This document shows positions 12,821 through 26,285 of a DNA stretch of 64,000 bases, piece by piece (positions within the stretch are counted from its first letter, which is position 1; every line of letters starts with the position of its first letter). The notes below the pieces were generated by a model. That model had not been told where the DNA came from and made no database searches. It worked only from the letters and a program-made list of their open reading frames with translations. The stretch is from Camelus ferus (taxonomy: Eukaryota), in assembly GCF_009834535.1 (NCBI RefSeq), contig NC_045697.1:36954001-37018000 (forward strand), written 5' to 3'. The position numbers and the translations under genes were made by a program.

Positions 12821-14029
12821 AATAAAGCCTAATTTTCAAAAATTAGTAATACTGTAAATATGAAATTCAAAAGAGAGAAGGAGAAACTTTTTAGTGCTTG
12901 AATTAAAAATAAAGCTTAAAAAAAAAAAAATAAAGTTTAAAGCTTGAGTAACAGACTCATAGACCCCATCAAGGGACTGGGAGGGGCAGGGGGAATTACT
13001 GGACCAGAAGTCGGCCCCAGCAGCTAAAGGCAGGATTTAACATGGAGACTTGGCCCTGGGTAGGATCCAGGAAAGATCATGGCAACCAGCCAGGAAAGGC
13101 TGCAAGAGAGAAACCAGAAATACTCTGCCTATGAGCCAAGGAAGCAATGTCCAAAACTTTTTCTCCTGGAATTCTAAGTTGGGGAAATAAAGGTTTCTGG
13201 TGAAAAACCAAAGCCCCAGACCTGCACCCTGCTTGACTGCCATGTCTAAATTCACACCAAACTTGTATATAGGAAGGGCCAACCTAAGAAATTAGTTGAG
13301 GGAGGAATCATGTCTAGCATACGATTTGGAAAAAGGCAAATGGATGGGATCTAGAATACAGTGCCCAAAACCTGGTAATCACACAGAGTTAGCTGTTTTC
13401 CTTTTTATTACTCATCTCTGTTACTACCTAACAAGAGTAATAGGGACAATAATACAAACAATAATGTATGATTTTACATGTTCTTGAGCCTAATTTATTT
13501 GGATGGTATAGATGTGGTATGAGGGAAAACGGCCCCGAAAATAGAAATATTTGGTGCCAGCCATGAGTACCATCTCCCTAGGTGTGAGGAAGAATTTTAA
13601 ATCGCATCAGGAGAGTTTTATACTGTCTAGGGGAATCCAAACATGTTGGTCCTCTGGGAAAACAAATAAAATGTCTCACTTAGTCTTTACTTATAGTTAT
13701 AATTCCAAAAAAGAAATTAATCCTCTCAGCCACATCGATCATTTAGAAAATCTTTTCTAGCATAAAATTTGCACAATATGTACGAACCTAGAGTTTGTGG
13801 TGCTCAGAGTATAAGTAGTGAAAAATAGCACTGATGCTTCAAGATCCTAGGATTAAGGAAAGCTCATGTGCAATACAAGTCTGCGAAAGGCCTTTGAGTA
13901 GCAACAAAGATTGTCTTCTTCCATATTCATCTCAACATCTGTGGTAACTGAGGGAGAGGGAAAGGTAATCCAAACTGCACTGGGAGCTTCCTGAGGGCAG
14001 ACTCTATTCTGTTTGGGAAAAGAAACAAA

Positions 14030-14280
14030 TGTTTATATGGTATATATAGTCTTCCAAACACTGTTCTAAGCACTTTGCACATATCAACCCATTTAGCCTC
14101 GCAAACATCCCTGTAACGTAGGTACCATTTTTATCCCTATTTTACACATACGCAAACTGAGGCAAAATGAAATTAGGTAACTTGGCCCAAGGCCACATAA
14201 CTCAGAGGTGGTAGAACCAGGATGTGAGCCTAAACAGTATGTTTCCTCACCCCATGATCTTACCACTATGCTCTACACTC
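14030..14280 (-). mobile_element. MIR
   Basis: 'ctaagcactttgcacatatc...ccctattttacacat...aaactgaggc...aggtaacttggcccaaggccac'. Confidence 0.75.
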
Positions 14281-15197
14281 TTAAATACCAGCAGAAAAAT
14301 ATTCAGATTACTTCCATCTTCTTAACATCTATAGCAGTGTCTTACACATAGTTATTGCTTTATAAATATTAAATAGATGGCTACATATAGGAAATCATCC
14401 TGTTTTCATTTTTTCTTTGATCATTTAATATTGTATGTACATAATTAGTTCAATGTTTATCTCCAAATATTTTTATAATAAATTTATAAAAATCCATACA
14501 GATTCCTTAGATTACCCTAGAATAATATCTACAGCTGCTTACCTGATTTAAACTCATGCTACAAATATGACATACCATTGCACTGGATTTTCCTCATTGC
14601 CATTTTTTAAATTTGCACATGTCTGGAAACTACTCCTACAATCATAGTCTCACAAAATCAGAAAGGAGCCCAGAAGTCATCTTGTCCCAACTGGTATCCA
14701 AAACCCTGCTTCAGTCTAAACCATGTGGTGTTTTTCCTTCTCTGTGGAACATCTCCAATAATTATATTAAATGTCTGTAACATACTGAGCATGTACAAAA
14801 ATGCTTCATTATATTCTTCCACAGTTCTTAAAGACTGGATTCTTTAAGGTGTGAGAATGTATCTTGGCTATTTATTTTTATTCCAAACCCTTGCATGTAG
14901 CCTGAAATCCTCCAGGAGTCATTCAATATATCTTCATTTATTTTCTTTCCAACCTCTGGGGAGACACAAAGCAAGTTTACTCTTTCTTCTATGTGATAGT
15001 ACTTCAAATAAGAGGAAGATAATCCCACCCAAAATCTTTTTTTCTTTGAGCTAAACATATCCATTTACTTCAATCATTTTTCCTCCAAGAAAAGTTCCTG
15101 ACTCTCTGCAGAGGCTATATCTGACTCTTATCAGCTTTGTTTGGTCAACAGTCTTAGTAGATGGGGCTCAAAACCAGACATGGAGTGATTTGACCAG

Positions 15198-15680
15198 TGT
15201 GATAACCAGCCTCCAAGACAATCCCTAGAGCCTCATCGTCTGTATCCATGCCTTTCTGTAGTCCCCTCTTCTGCTGAGCAGTATTGACCTGTATGACCAA
15301 GAGGATTTGTGAAAGTGACAGGATGTGACTTCAGAGGCTAGGTTATAAAAGACATGGCAGCATCCACCTTATTCTCTTAAATCACTCACTCCAGGAGAAG
15401 CCAGCTGCCGTGTCATGAGGACACTCAACCAGCCCTATAGGGAGGCTCACATGGAGAGTTACTGAGGCCTCCCACCACTCATGTGAATCAGCTGTCCTAA
15501 AAGCAGCCCTAGTCAAGCCTTCAGATGACTGCAGCATTATGAGAGACCCTGGGCCTGACCACCCAGCTAAGTCACTCACTCCTAACCCACAGAAACTGTC
15601 AGAAATAGCAACTGTCTATTATTGTTTTAAACCACTAAGTTTTGGGTAATTGGTTATATTGCAATAAGTGATTATTACAG
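15198..15680 (+). mobile_element. MaLR LTR (MLT1E/F-like), apparently inserted in an L3/CR1 relic
   Basis: 'gtgacttcagaggctaggttataaaagac...gccagctgccgtgtcatgagg...cccacagaaactgt...ttttaaaccactaagttttgg'. Confidence 0.7.
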
Positions 15681-16421
15681 TCAAGTCAGAAGATAAAAGG
15701 ACTAGCACTTCCTTCTTGATCCTAGTAGAAACAGGAGAAAGACAAAGAAAAACAGATTGAATAGATTGATTAAACTATTAATTTTTAAAGTTTTAGGGGG
15801 ATTTGTATGTGTATGTGTGTCCGTGTGTCCATGTGTCAAGTTTCTTTGCTATCTTCTTTAGCTGTTTTATCTTATGCTTCAGTACATTGCTGTAGTGCCA
15901 TACTTAACTTATATAGATACTCAGTACATAATTTTTGAAATATTGGACTTTAACTTTCAGGCTTGAAGGGCACGATCAACTTTTGCTCCTGAATTGGGTA
16001 TGGTGAAATCTATTCTCTACTCTTTTGGAACTCTCACTAGGAGCCAATGGCCTTCCCACTCAGCAACGTTGAGATTTTTCAACACTTCTTTGAACATGGT
16101 ACAGGGGAGAGTTGGATGTAATAGTTATAGACCTGCTGGACTTCTCATGTGACTGAGTTTAGGCAGCACCCGCTTCACATGGGAACTTAGGAGACAACTT
16201 GCTTCTGCGCTCTCTCACTGTTCACCCCCACCCCCAACACAAACACACTGGCCTTGCAACGTTTTATTTTTACTCATATCTACTTTTTTCTCTTTTTTAA
16301 ATTTTAAAAAATTTTACTTTTTATTGAAGTATAAATAGTTGATTTACAATTTTAGTTTCAGGACTACTTTTATTTTCCTCATATTACTTTCTTTCTAAAT
16401 GTCTGCTTTTCATATCCATAC

Positions 16422-16866
16422 TTTTTTTTTTTTAAATTGAAGTATAGTTGATTTACAATATTATGTTCATTTCTGGTATAAAGCATAGTGATTTAGTTAT
16501 ACATATATGTTCTTTTTCATTATAGATTATTACAAGCTATTGAATATAGTTCTCTGTGCTATACAATAGGACCTTGTTGTTTATTTTATATATAGTAGTT
16601 GGTATCTGCTAATCCCAAACTCCTAATTTATCCCTCCCTGCCTTCCCCTCTGGTAACCATAACTGTTTTCCATGTGTGAGTCTGTTTCTGTTTCGTAAAT
16701 AAGTTCATTTGTGTCATATTTTAGATTCCACATATAAGTGATATCACAAGGTATTTGTCTTTCTCTGTCTGACTTACTTCACTTAGTATGATAATCTCTA
16801 GGTCCATCCATGTTTCTGCAAATGGCATTATTTCATTCTTTTTTTATGGCTGAGTAATATTGAGAC

Positions 16867-16909
<43 letters not shown>

Positions 16910-17125
16910 CAGACAGACCCCAGTGTCTTTACCCAGTCATCTGTCAATGGACATTTAGGTTGCTTCCATATCTTGGCTATTGTAGCTAGTGCTGCTTTGA
17001 ACATTGGGGTGCACGTATCTTTTTGAATTAGAGTTCTCTCCAGGTGTATGCCCAGCAGTGGGATTGCTGGATCATATGGTAACTCTATTTTTAGTTTTTC
17101 TAAGGAATCTCCATATTGTTTTCCA
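16422..17125 (-). mobile_element. Artiodactyl-type L1 3' fragment containing a (GATA)n microsatellite (~16865-16916)
   Basis: Poly-T then 'aattgaagtatagttgatttacaat...', continuing into typical antisense L1 3' sequence. Confidence 0.85.
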
Positions 17126-19861
17126 TCATATTTTTGAAATTTCTTTCTTTTCTACTTTCGTTGGCTAGTATGACTCAACCTCTTAAAACCTGAGTTACTT
17201 TTATATAGAACTAAACTTTTAAAGAACAAATTCTCCTAAGTAAGTTAACTTTGGGGCTTCAATACCCAAGATATTATGTTGTTCCTAGTGTTGTTATGCA
17301 CTTAAGGAGATGCATGAAATATTTTAGGCTTTGGGAGATTATCTAATAACTCTGCATTTGACATATTTAAAGATACTAATGTGTTCTTTGAAGATATATT
17401 GCACTATGATGTAATCTGGAGGTTCCAAAAATTAAATGCCTCTTATTTACCATTGGAATAACTTAGACCAAGAGGAACAAAACAGTTCAAAGTGAATTCT
17501 TCAGAAATCTTGATATTATCTTTTGTGTTGTACTTAATTGCACCATTTGGAGGACTTTTGGATATGAACATGTAAAAGAATGCAATGTCTTTCTTCAGGA
17601 AAAAAGGGGGGGAAATGAGGCAAAGAAAAAAAAGACCATCTATAAGTAGAAATAATATTTATATCATTATTTACAAAGCACTTATCAATTTATAAACATT
17701 TTCATTTAGAATATCTCATTTGACCCTCACAACACTCCAATGAAATAGATATTCCCATTCTATAAACTTCAGAGGAAACTGAAGTTAAATAAGTTATCCA
17801 ACCTCAATTAGCCCCCTAAAAGCCTGAAATAAAACAAAGATCTAAGACTCCTTTTGTTTCCGTGGGTAAGTTTCCACCACAAGGAAGGGAAAATAAATAA
17901 GAAGGAAAAAATGAAAACTTAATGAGAAAATGAGGCTAACCATGTTTATGTAATATAATGAGGAATTGCTGAGCGATTATACAAATGCTCATTTACCTCC
18001 CCAAACACTTAGCAATCCCAAGATGATATTTAAGAAACAGGAAACTGGGTTGATGCAATACTTCTTACCCTCATCTGTGCGGGGGAGCTAATTATAGTAC
18101 TTATTGCAGAGTTGTTGGGAGGGTTAAATAAGATAATATATTTAAGAATGATAAGTACTCAATACGTGTTAGTTGTTACAATTAATGATGACGTTATGTA
18201 AATCAGGGCAGAGAGAATACTAGGACAAAGAGTAGTAGATACGCATTTTCATGCTGTATTGAAACCAGCCTACTCTAAATTATCTTCTCAATTCTCTTAT
18301 CTAGAGAATGAAGATAATATTCCTTTCTAGCTGCCTCCTTCGCAGAAACAACTCACCATGTTGTATCATGTTCTGAGCACCTATAGAGCCCTACAGAAAT
18401 ACAAGAAAATATTGCAACCAATTCTCTTCCAGTCTTTCTCCCTCCTTGTCAGTCTGAGCAAAGCTGTTCTGTGGGGCAGTGGAAAGGGTTTATGAGTAGC
18501 CATTCATTCAGACCTACGCAGTTGCCTGGCAACTTAAGATTCAATGGCTGAACTGGAAAAAACAGTCAACTTGACTTTATCGTTTTCTGAGATTCAAACA
18601 GTTCACATGATCTCTGAGAGGCTCACTGAAGTGGTAATGCACATGTCATCTAAGGAATGGATCAGCATAGTGATGAGCCTGTGAGAGGTTTGTCCACAAG
18701 GAGTTGCTTCCTCCAACTGTCTGTGCAGGGCTGTTGTGGCTGCTGCTTACCTGGGAAGTGATTTCACTTTGGCCCAGAGATCCCATTCTTCCCTGATCTG
18801 TCAGGTCTCTGCAACTTCATTCCCACAGCAGCCCTCCTGCCACCCACTGCCAACCATGAGGACCTGTTGTTTAAGGGCATGTCACATGAGCAGGTGATCA
18901 TTTTTGTTAGTGTCACAGAGCAGCTGATCATTCATGATTAGAGTATGACTGTGGACTAAACTCATTTAAGGCCCATTCAACTCATCTACACTCTATGGCA
19001 TTAGCATGCAGTCCTGTCTGGTTCTGCCTGATCTGAGATGCTTTAGGAATGATGTAACTTGGCAAATGAATCCCAAATCAAAAGCTCTTTAGATGATAAT
19101 CTCGGATCAACTATGAGTAATACCAATCAACCCATGAATGTAATGTTTCTAACATGTTGATTCTGTAACTAGTGCCCACTAATAGAAGTTTTTCAGGTCC
19201 CTGAAATGAGTTTACAAATGTTAGGCAGCTCAGGACCCTACCAACACATACACATCAAATGGCATTTTGATAAATACCATTGCTGGAGGGTCAGATATTA
19301 CTTTCTGTTCTCGTTCCTAAAATGATCAAAAGCAACGTTTTGATGGTTATGTTGAAGAGATCAGGTCAATCTGATTTAATTGAGTCAGATTAGGTTCATA
19401 CTGTTAAGGAATAGCCCTACAATCCTTAATCCCCTCTTAGTTTCTGGATCATAATTAAAATAACATAGAAACAACTTTATTAATATACTTTGAGTTATAT
19501 TTGTCTATATCGAGTCTGTCTCTCATTTTTTTGTCCACTTAGTCTTGAGAGCTTATTATTTATTAAGTACTATCTTTATATTTTCCTATATGACATTTAA
19601 TTATACAATCTTAGAAATTTTACTGTATACTTTCTCTTCCAGGTTGGGATTAAAAACTTCCCTTTCAAAATTAATTTTTACCCTTACCTTCAGTTTTCTT
19701 TCAACTTTTCTATATTTTCTTTCCCCTGAGATACAGTATTTCTTCCCTTTGATCATAATCATAGTGACCTCTTTTTTTCCCTCTTCCTTTCCTTAACTAA
19801 TATCTCAAAGATGTTTTAATCACTCACTGAAAAATCATGTTGAAAATTTAAACCACATACC

Positions 19862-19995
19862 ATTTTTTTGTTTGTTTAGTTTTTTGGGGTGGGGGGATTA
19901 GGTTTATTTATTTTTTAATGGAACTACTGGGGATTGAACCCAGGACCTTGTGCATGCTAGGCATGGGCCCTACCACTGAGCAATACCCCTCCCCC
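19862..19995 (-). mobile_element. tRNA-derived SINE (vic-1-like)
   Basis: 'ggggattgaacccaggaccttgtgcatgctaggc...taccactgagcaataccc'; TSD-like acatacYattttt on both sides. Confidence 0.8.
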
Positions 19996-20244
19996 TCAAC
20001 ATACTATTTTTGAAGATGAACATTTAAGAACATTCCTCTGCACTTAGACTACATAAGAGTGGATATAAAGATATTTCTTAAAACTTGGAAAGATCTTGGT
20101 CAAAGGGATGCATATTTTATCCTGTCTGGGACATTGGCTAACAGCTTTCAACTGTCAAAATCAGCATTTCCCAGTGTAAATTTATTCTGAGAAAATCTAG
20201 TCCTGTGAAACACTTCTAGAAAAAAACAAAGAGGGAAGGAAAGT

Positions 20245-20365
20245 GTTTTTTCTTTTTCTTCCTTTCTTTTCTTTCTCTTTCTCTCTTTTTCTTCCTTCCT
20301 TCCTTCCTGCTTTTCTTCCTTCCTTCCTTCCTGCTTTTCTTCCTTCCGTCCTTCCTTCCTTCTTC
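20245..20365. repeat. Polypyrimidine (CCTT/CTTT)n simple repeat
   Basis: Seen directly. Confidence 0.9.
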
Positions 20366-21499
20366 TGTTGGTGTTGTTGTTTAGTGTCCACTGTTATGCT
20401 TTAAGTTGCAATTAACAAAAATGAATTCAAACTGTCTTAATAAGCAGACATTTATTGACTTCACTGATGGTTAAAGTCTAGAGGTGGGGCCAGCAAGGTA
20501 CAATTAATCAGGCCGCCATCTCCATTTCTGGACTCTATTCATATCTGTGTATTTGATTCTTCCCCTTCTCTGCAAAATGATTGCAGCAGATCCAGCCCTC
20601 ATATTTACACATCACATTTTCTAGAGTATGAGAGAGTCTCAGTGTTCTTAAACTCTCCTCCACCAAAAAGTTCTGAGATCTCCTCTTTTTGGAACTTCTC
20701 AGGTCACAAGCTGTTTAGCAAGCCAACCATTATGAAAGGGGTAACATATACTGATTGGCTTAGTTTAGATCACATCCTCCTCTTTGGAGTCATAGATGGT
20801 GTCAGCTTTCCCAGAATTCAAAGGCTGAAACCAAACACTATGAACGCTGTAGAAATAATTGGTGCCCACTATAAATAATTTGGGAAATATTGGCTTATAC
20901 CCACTTCTTAATTCAAGTCGAATCTTGAAATTGGAAAAGGCTTCAAACCTGGAGTATAAGCATTAAGAAGAGACCGGCCCCATGAGATTTATTAGCACAT
21001 TGCTAAAACCTAACATAAGGAACAGTTAGAATGTCAGCCCCATTAGGAGAAAACTATCTGATTTCTTTTCCCTAGTGCCACAAAGAGTGCTTGACATATA
21101 GTAAGCACTCAATAAATATTTGTTGAATTAATAAAATAACTGGTTTCTAATGAAGGGCCTTTTATCTGAACATTAGCAAGCTTTGTTCTCAAAGGGATGG
21201 AGGACCCATAAATCTCTAAGTCAGCCCCTTCTGAGGAAGTGGACATAAGGAGGAGCAATTTTCCTAATTCTCCACGAGGTCTGGCTTTATAGCTGCTGAG
21301 ATGTATCCTACTTTACTTCTCTGTCTGTCCTTACCAATAACACTCAATCTGCTGAAGGAAACTGAGCATCCATGTGTCCCTGCAATCTGAAAAAAGCCCA
21401 TTTAATTACTGTGTTCAGTACACAGCCTTGAACAAGAAGGAATGGAAAGAGATCAAGAAAATATCAGTAACATTTTTGTCCTTTAAAAAATGAAGACTA

Positions 21500-21750
21500 A
21501 AAACATGGTGCACTGGTAAGATCATAAACTGCAGCGTCTCAAAGACAGGGGTTTCAATCTACGTCCTGCTCTTTACTAATCTCATGACCTCAGGCAAATG
21601 AACCTCTCTGAACTTCAGTTTCCTCACCTGTAAAATGAGGCTGATACCTTTCTCACCCTTTACTGACAATCAAATGTAATAACATGGCAAAACGCTTTGC
21701 CTGGCATAGCAGACACTTAATAAATGATGGTTGTGATCATTATTATTCTC
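21500..21750 (+). mobile_element. MIR
   Basis: 'tgacctcaggcaaatgaacctctctgaacttcagtttcctcacctgtaaaatgagg'. Confidence 0.7.
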
Positions 21751-24700
21751 ATCATCTAAGAAACTTCCAGATGACTTAGTTGAATAGTTCATTCAACTCA
21801 ACCAATTCTCTAGGTGGTGCTCAGGGCTAGTCTATAAGATATTGCTTTTGAAAGATTAAGCATCTGTTGTTAAGCACCTGCACAAACAGATGTCTTGAGA
21901 AATTATGCTCCAGGACACACTATATAGAGACAAAACTTATAGTGACCATACATCTGAACACTGAGGAATTTTAGATAGTTTGAGGTCTCACCATTAGGAA
22001 GAAAAAGCTCTGTGAAGAAGCTACAGTTTTGAGAAACATTTTAAACATTAAAAATGAATGACTGAAAAAAGGTAAAAGCACTTTAAGTGGGGAAAGATCT
22101 CAGTAGGAAGCCCCAGACATGGAGCTCTGTGTCTGGTGAACCACAAACAGGCCTGCCTGCTTAAAGCAGAGAATTCCCAGAATGTAATAGGGTGAGGGCA
22201 GTTAGACAGGTAACGAGGTGACTAATGGAAAACACATAAATAAAAAGTTATAGCTGATGATAAACGGCGATACTGTTTATGATTTTGTGCATTGATTTAC
22301 CATTTCTCCCTGCTTTTTTCATCCACCTGGGATCTCAAAGACCAGCAGTCTTCTCTGGAGGTGGATATGACAGATCATTCGGCAAGCACTTTAAGTCCTT
22401 CAGGAAACACAAACACCTTGTGACCTGGAGCAGTCACTTAGGATTCTGATGCACACTGGGGATCTGAGCAATGCTGTCGCTCAGGACCGGGCCATAAACA
22501 TCTGGCTGCCCTACTCGATGGGTGCCTGGCAGGCTAAGTTGTCAGCAGGCCCTGTGCAGATAAAGTTGTGTCAGTCAGAAAGCATCTAAGGTCTGCATGG
22601 AAAAGGAAGTCTTTTGGAAAGAAACAAAGCAGGTTATCTGAATACTACATCGGGATTTCCCTACTTGACTCTGTTTCTATTAGATTGGTTTGGGATGAGG
22701 ACAACTTTCCAAGGCTCCTAATTGGCTAAAGGAGGCTATTTTGAGTTCTAATCCCATATTTACACCAAGCCACCTTACAATCTTGATTTGGTTTCCAAAT
22801 TTACCATATTCTAGTTCCATTGTCAAGTGGTAAGTATTTAATTACCCCTAGATAGACTGACTGAGATATTATACAGTTCCTGAGAGCAGGGAATTGAGAC
22901 TCTGGAACAGAGTCAGCTTTCAAGAAATATGTTAGATACTACATGCCAATTACTTTGATGGGCACTATACCAAAACAATGACCTTTCCTGACCACTGTCC
23001 TAACCATCACCTCAACCTTCAGTAATTTCATCTTATCTTAATGCTAGAACTATTATACAAATACAGTTCAAATACAACAGATTGGTGACATTTTTATTTC
23101 CAACCCCAGTGTCTCTTAAGTTCAGACCCATATTTCCAAGTACTATACATAAAAATTTTCTCCCTGGCTATTCTAGCAGTAGTTGCAACTCAAAATGTTT
23201 AAAACCAAATGCTTTATCTTCTTCCTCTTCTACCCACTCTATCCACAAGTCCACCTGCAACAACAAAAAACTGCTTATCTTCCTTCTGTAAGCACTATAT
23301 TTGTTAACACCAACATCAACACAAATGCCTAAGCTAGAAACCCAAATTCCCCACCAATTCATTTCTCTTTCTGTATCCATATCCCATCTAATTAGTAGAC
23401 AAGGACTGTTGGTGCTCCCTTCCAAAAGCGTCTTGAATTTATCCTCTCTTCTCCTTTCCCACCCCCCTGATTAATGTGACCCTCATCATCTCAGGACTAG
23501 ACTTTAAAACTTTAAAGTCTTTCTGTTCTCTTCCAGTCTCTCTCTTCCAATTCATCCTTTACGATGATTACAATATAATCATTTCAATTTTCTGCTTAGC
23601 ACCTTTCCAAGACTGTCCATCTAATATAGAGATACCTCATATTACTTCACCTGTCACTCAGACCCTTCGCTCTCTGCCACCAAGCAGCCCTTGCTGTTTC
23701 TCCTTGCTGCGTGCAGCCATTCCACCTCCACATAACACAAATCCATCTTCTAGGCCTGTGCTCACGAGCAGATCTTTGGCCTAGAAGTCTCTTCTCTCAC
23801 TGCTGTTGTGGGAAAGTTGGTGTTGTTGTGTTGTTCTAAAGCTGAGCATATGCAATAAACAATTCAAGGCCCAATCCCAGAGTCCCAGATGCCAAGTAGA
23901 AGGAATGTCTCTTTTCTCCATGGTTCCATAGATTGTTGCATTCCATTAGAGTTCATCCAGAGCTGTGGTTAAGTTCTAGCCGTCTCTGTAACCCTAGCAC
24001 CTAGCACAAGTAGGAACTCAGTAAATAATGGTGAATTAAACTGCATTTCAATAGCAACTGTGGCTCTATTTCCAAAAGTTCCTCTAGCAATATGGCCTAG
24101 ATCTCATATTTTAACTTGGCCATTATTCTGATATGCTTTGTCTTGTGTTTACAACTAAACACACCCAGAGTTCTATCTGGGTAGGGGTCATTCTCTGGCC
24201 AGTGTAAGTGGTACTGTGATCATTATTAGGTACATTGTTTGGAATTTATCTTGCCTGATCTCAGAAAAAAGCACAGGTAAAAAGCCCCCTTTAGTACAGC
24301 AATGATGCAGTTAACTATGGCTGCCACTGTTCCTTTCTGAACTATGCCTTCTGCATTCATAATTAACATCTCTGCTGCTTTAGAGCAACTGGAACTGAAA
24401 AATACTGTATAACTGAGACATGTATTAAATTCTAAATGGCATGGAGATAATCTGTGAATAACCAAACATTGAATTAATATTTCAATAAACAATTAAATTG
24501 TTCTTTTCCTTTTCTTGTCTTAAAATGTTTAAATTTTCCCCGTTCACATAAAAAAACTAACAATTTATGTCATTTGAGGAATAACAAAGAAGCAACTGTC
24601 ACTTATTTTACTACCTGTGAACATCTTTGAGGAAAAGTATTATCCTTAAAAATTTGTTTAGAATTGGTAATTTTGTATTTATACCTATTTTCTGAATCAC

Positions 24701-25539
24701 ATTCATTTTCAACTTTTATAATTCAGTATGATAAATTGTTGCTCTAACAACAATTATTGACTAATGACTGTTGAGATATCAGTGCTCTTGAAAGGATATG
24801 TCAATTACTAGTAGTATCTGTGGAGGACAATGGTGCTGTGTATGACTAGAGAATGAGGGACACTGTCTTGCTAAATCAGTCTGCAGTCAATGAGCTCATC
24901 AGCTAAATCTGATGGACTGACAGAGAACCCAAACAGGAGGAAGGAACTGTAATACACTGACTATGTATGTTGGTTTGCCCAGAGCGGTCAGACAAGGGAG
25001 GGCACCCAGCCAAGTCCAGAGATTCAGGGCAGACTCCAAATGAGCTCGAGCTAACAAGACAATATCTCTTGTTTTCAACCCTGTGCAAATTATAAACACA
25101 AGAGGATGTGCCCATTGTGTTATATTCCCCCAAACACCACTCATTTAGCTGGGGCTTGAGCAGCTATATAATACTAAAGGCAGACAGCAGTGGGAGGACC
25201 CCAGCCTCCATCCCAGGGCCAGGATTTAGAAGGATCCACAGTGAATCCACTAACCTATTAATTTTCCTCATTGAGTCAAGTGTCTTGCCCCCCCCTCAAA
25301 AAAAACCCACTCTGATTTAGAACCTAGTCCTAGATCTGATTTGGACAAGTCCTTTAACCTCTGAATACCTCATTGTGGAAGTAACACTTGGGGGGAAAAA
25401 GTCCTATCTAGCTTATATAATTGTGCAGATCCAAAGACACAACATATTTAAGAGTCTTTGTAAGCTCCAAAGTGCTAGGTAGGGGTCAGAGAGAGCTGTG
25501 GTTAGGCATCTACCCAGAACACTGGCGTTCTTCTCTCAA

Positions 25540-26285
25540 TCCCGCATCTAGTACTGACTGAGCACCTGCTGGGCCAGGCACTGTTCTCACTGACCCCAGC
25601 GGACATAAATATCCTCCAGGAGCTCTCATTCTAGCAGGGAGGTTCAGACAATAAACACATAAACACAGTACATTATACAGCATATTGGAAAGTGCTAAGT
25701 GCTATGGGAGAACAAAATAGGGCATGGCAAGAGGATTGGGAGCACAGAGAGCACAGGAGGGACCCTGGTACTTTAAAAATAGTGAGAAAATAACATTTGA
25801 GGGAAGACCAGAAGTTGAGGAAGTGAGTTTGTGGGGAAGAATTCTCAGCAGAGAGAAAGGCCAGTGCAAGAGAGAGCTGGACAAGCAAGGAAAGCAGGGC
25901 AAGCCAGTAGGCTAATAGGAGAAGAGGAGATCAGAGAGACAGACACAGCCAGATCACAGAGGGCCTTTTTGGCTATTGTAACATCTTCGGTTCTTGCTCT
26001 GACCTGATTTGACTTCTATTTTTAGAGTATCCTCTGACTGCTGGGTTGAGAGCGGACAGACTGTAGAGGCAAGCATGAGAGGAAAAAGCCTAGTCAAGAG
26101 GCTAGAGTGTGATGTGGACCAGTGTGATAGTGGTGGGAGTGGTCAAGTTCTGGATATGTTTAAAGGTAGAGCCACTGGGACTAACTCCAAAGGATTAAAT
26201 ATACAGAGAGAAAGGAAGGAGTCAAAGAGGAGTCCAAGGGTTTGGGTCTGACTCACCAGAGGATAGAGTTGCTAGGAATAGAGAT
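25540..26285. mobile_element. L2 fragment
   Basis: 'tactgactgagcacctgct...ggcactgttct...ctcattctagcaggga...aacatttgagggaagaccagaag', a purine-rich L2 pattern. Confidence 0.65.
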
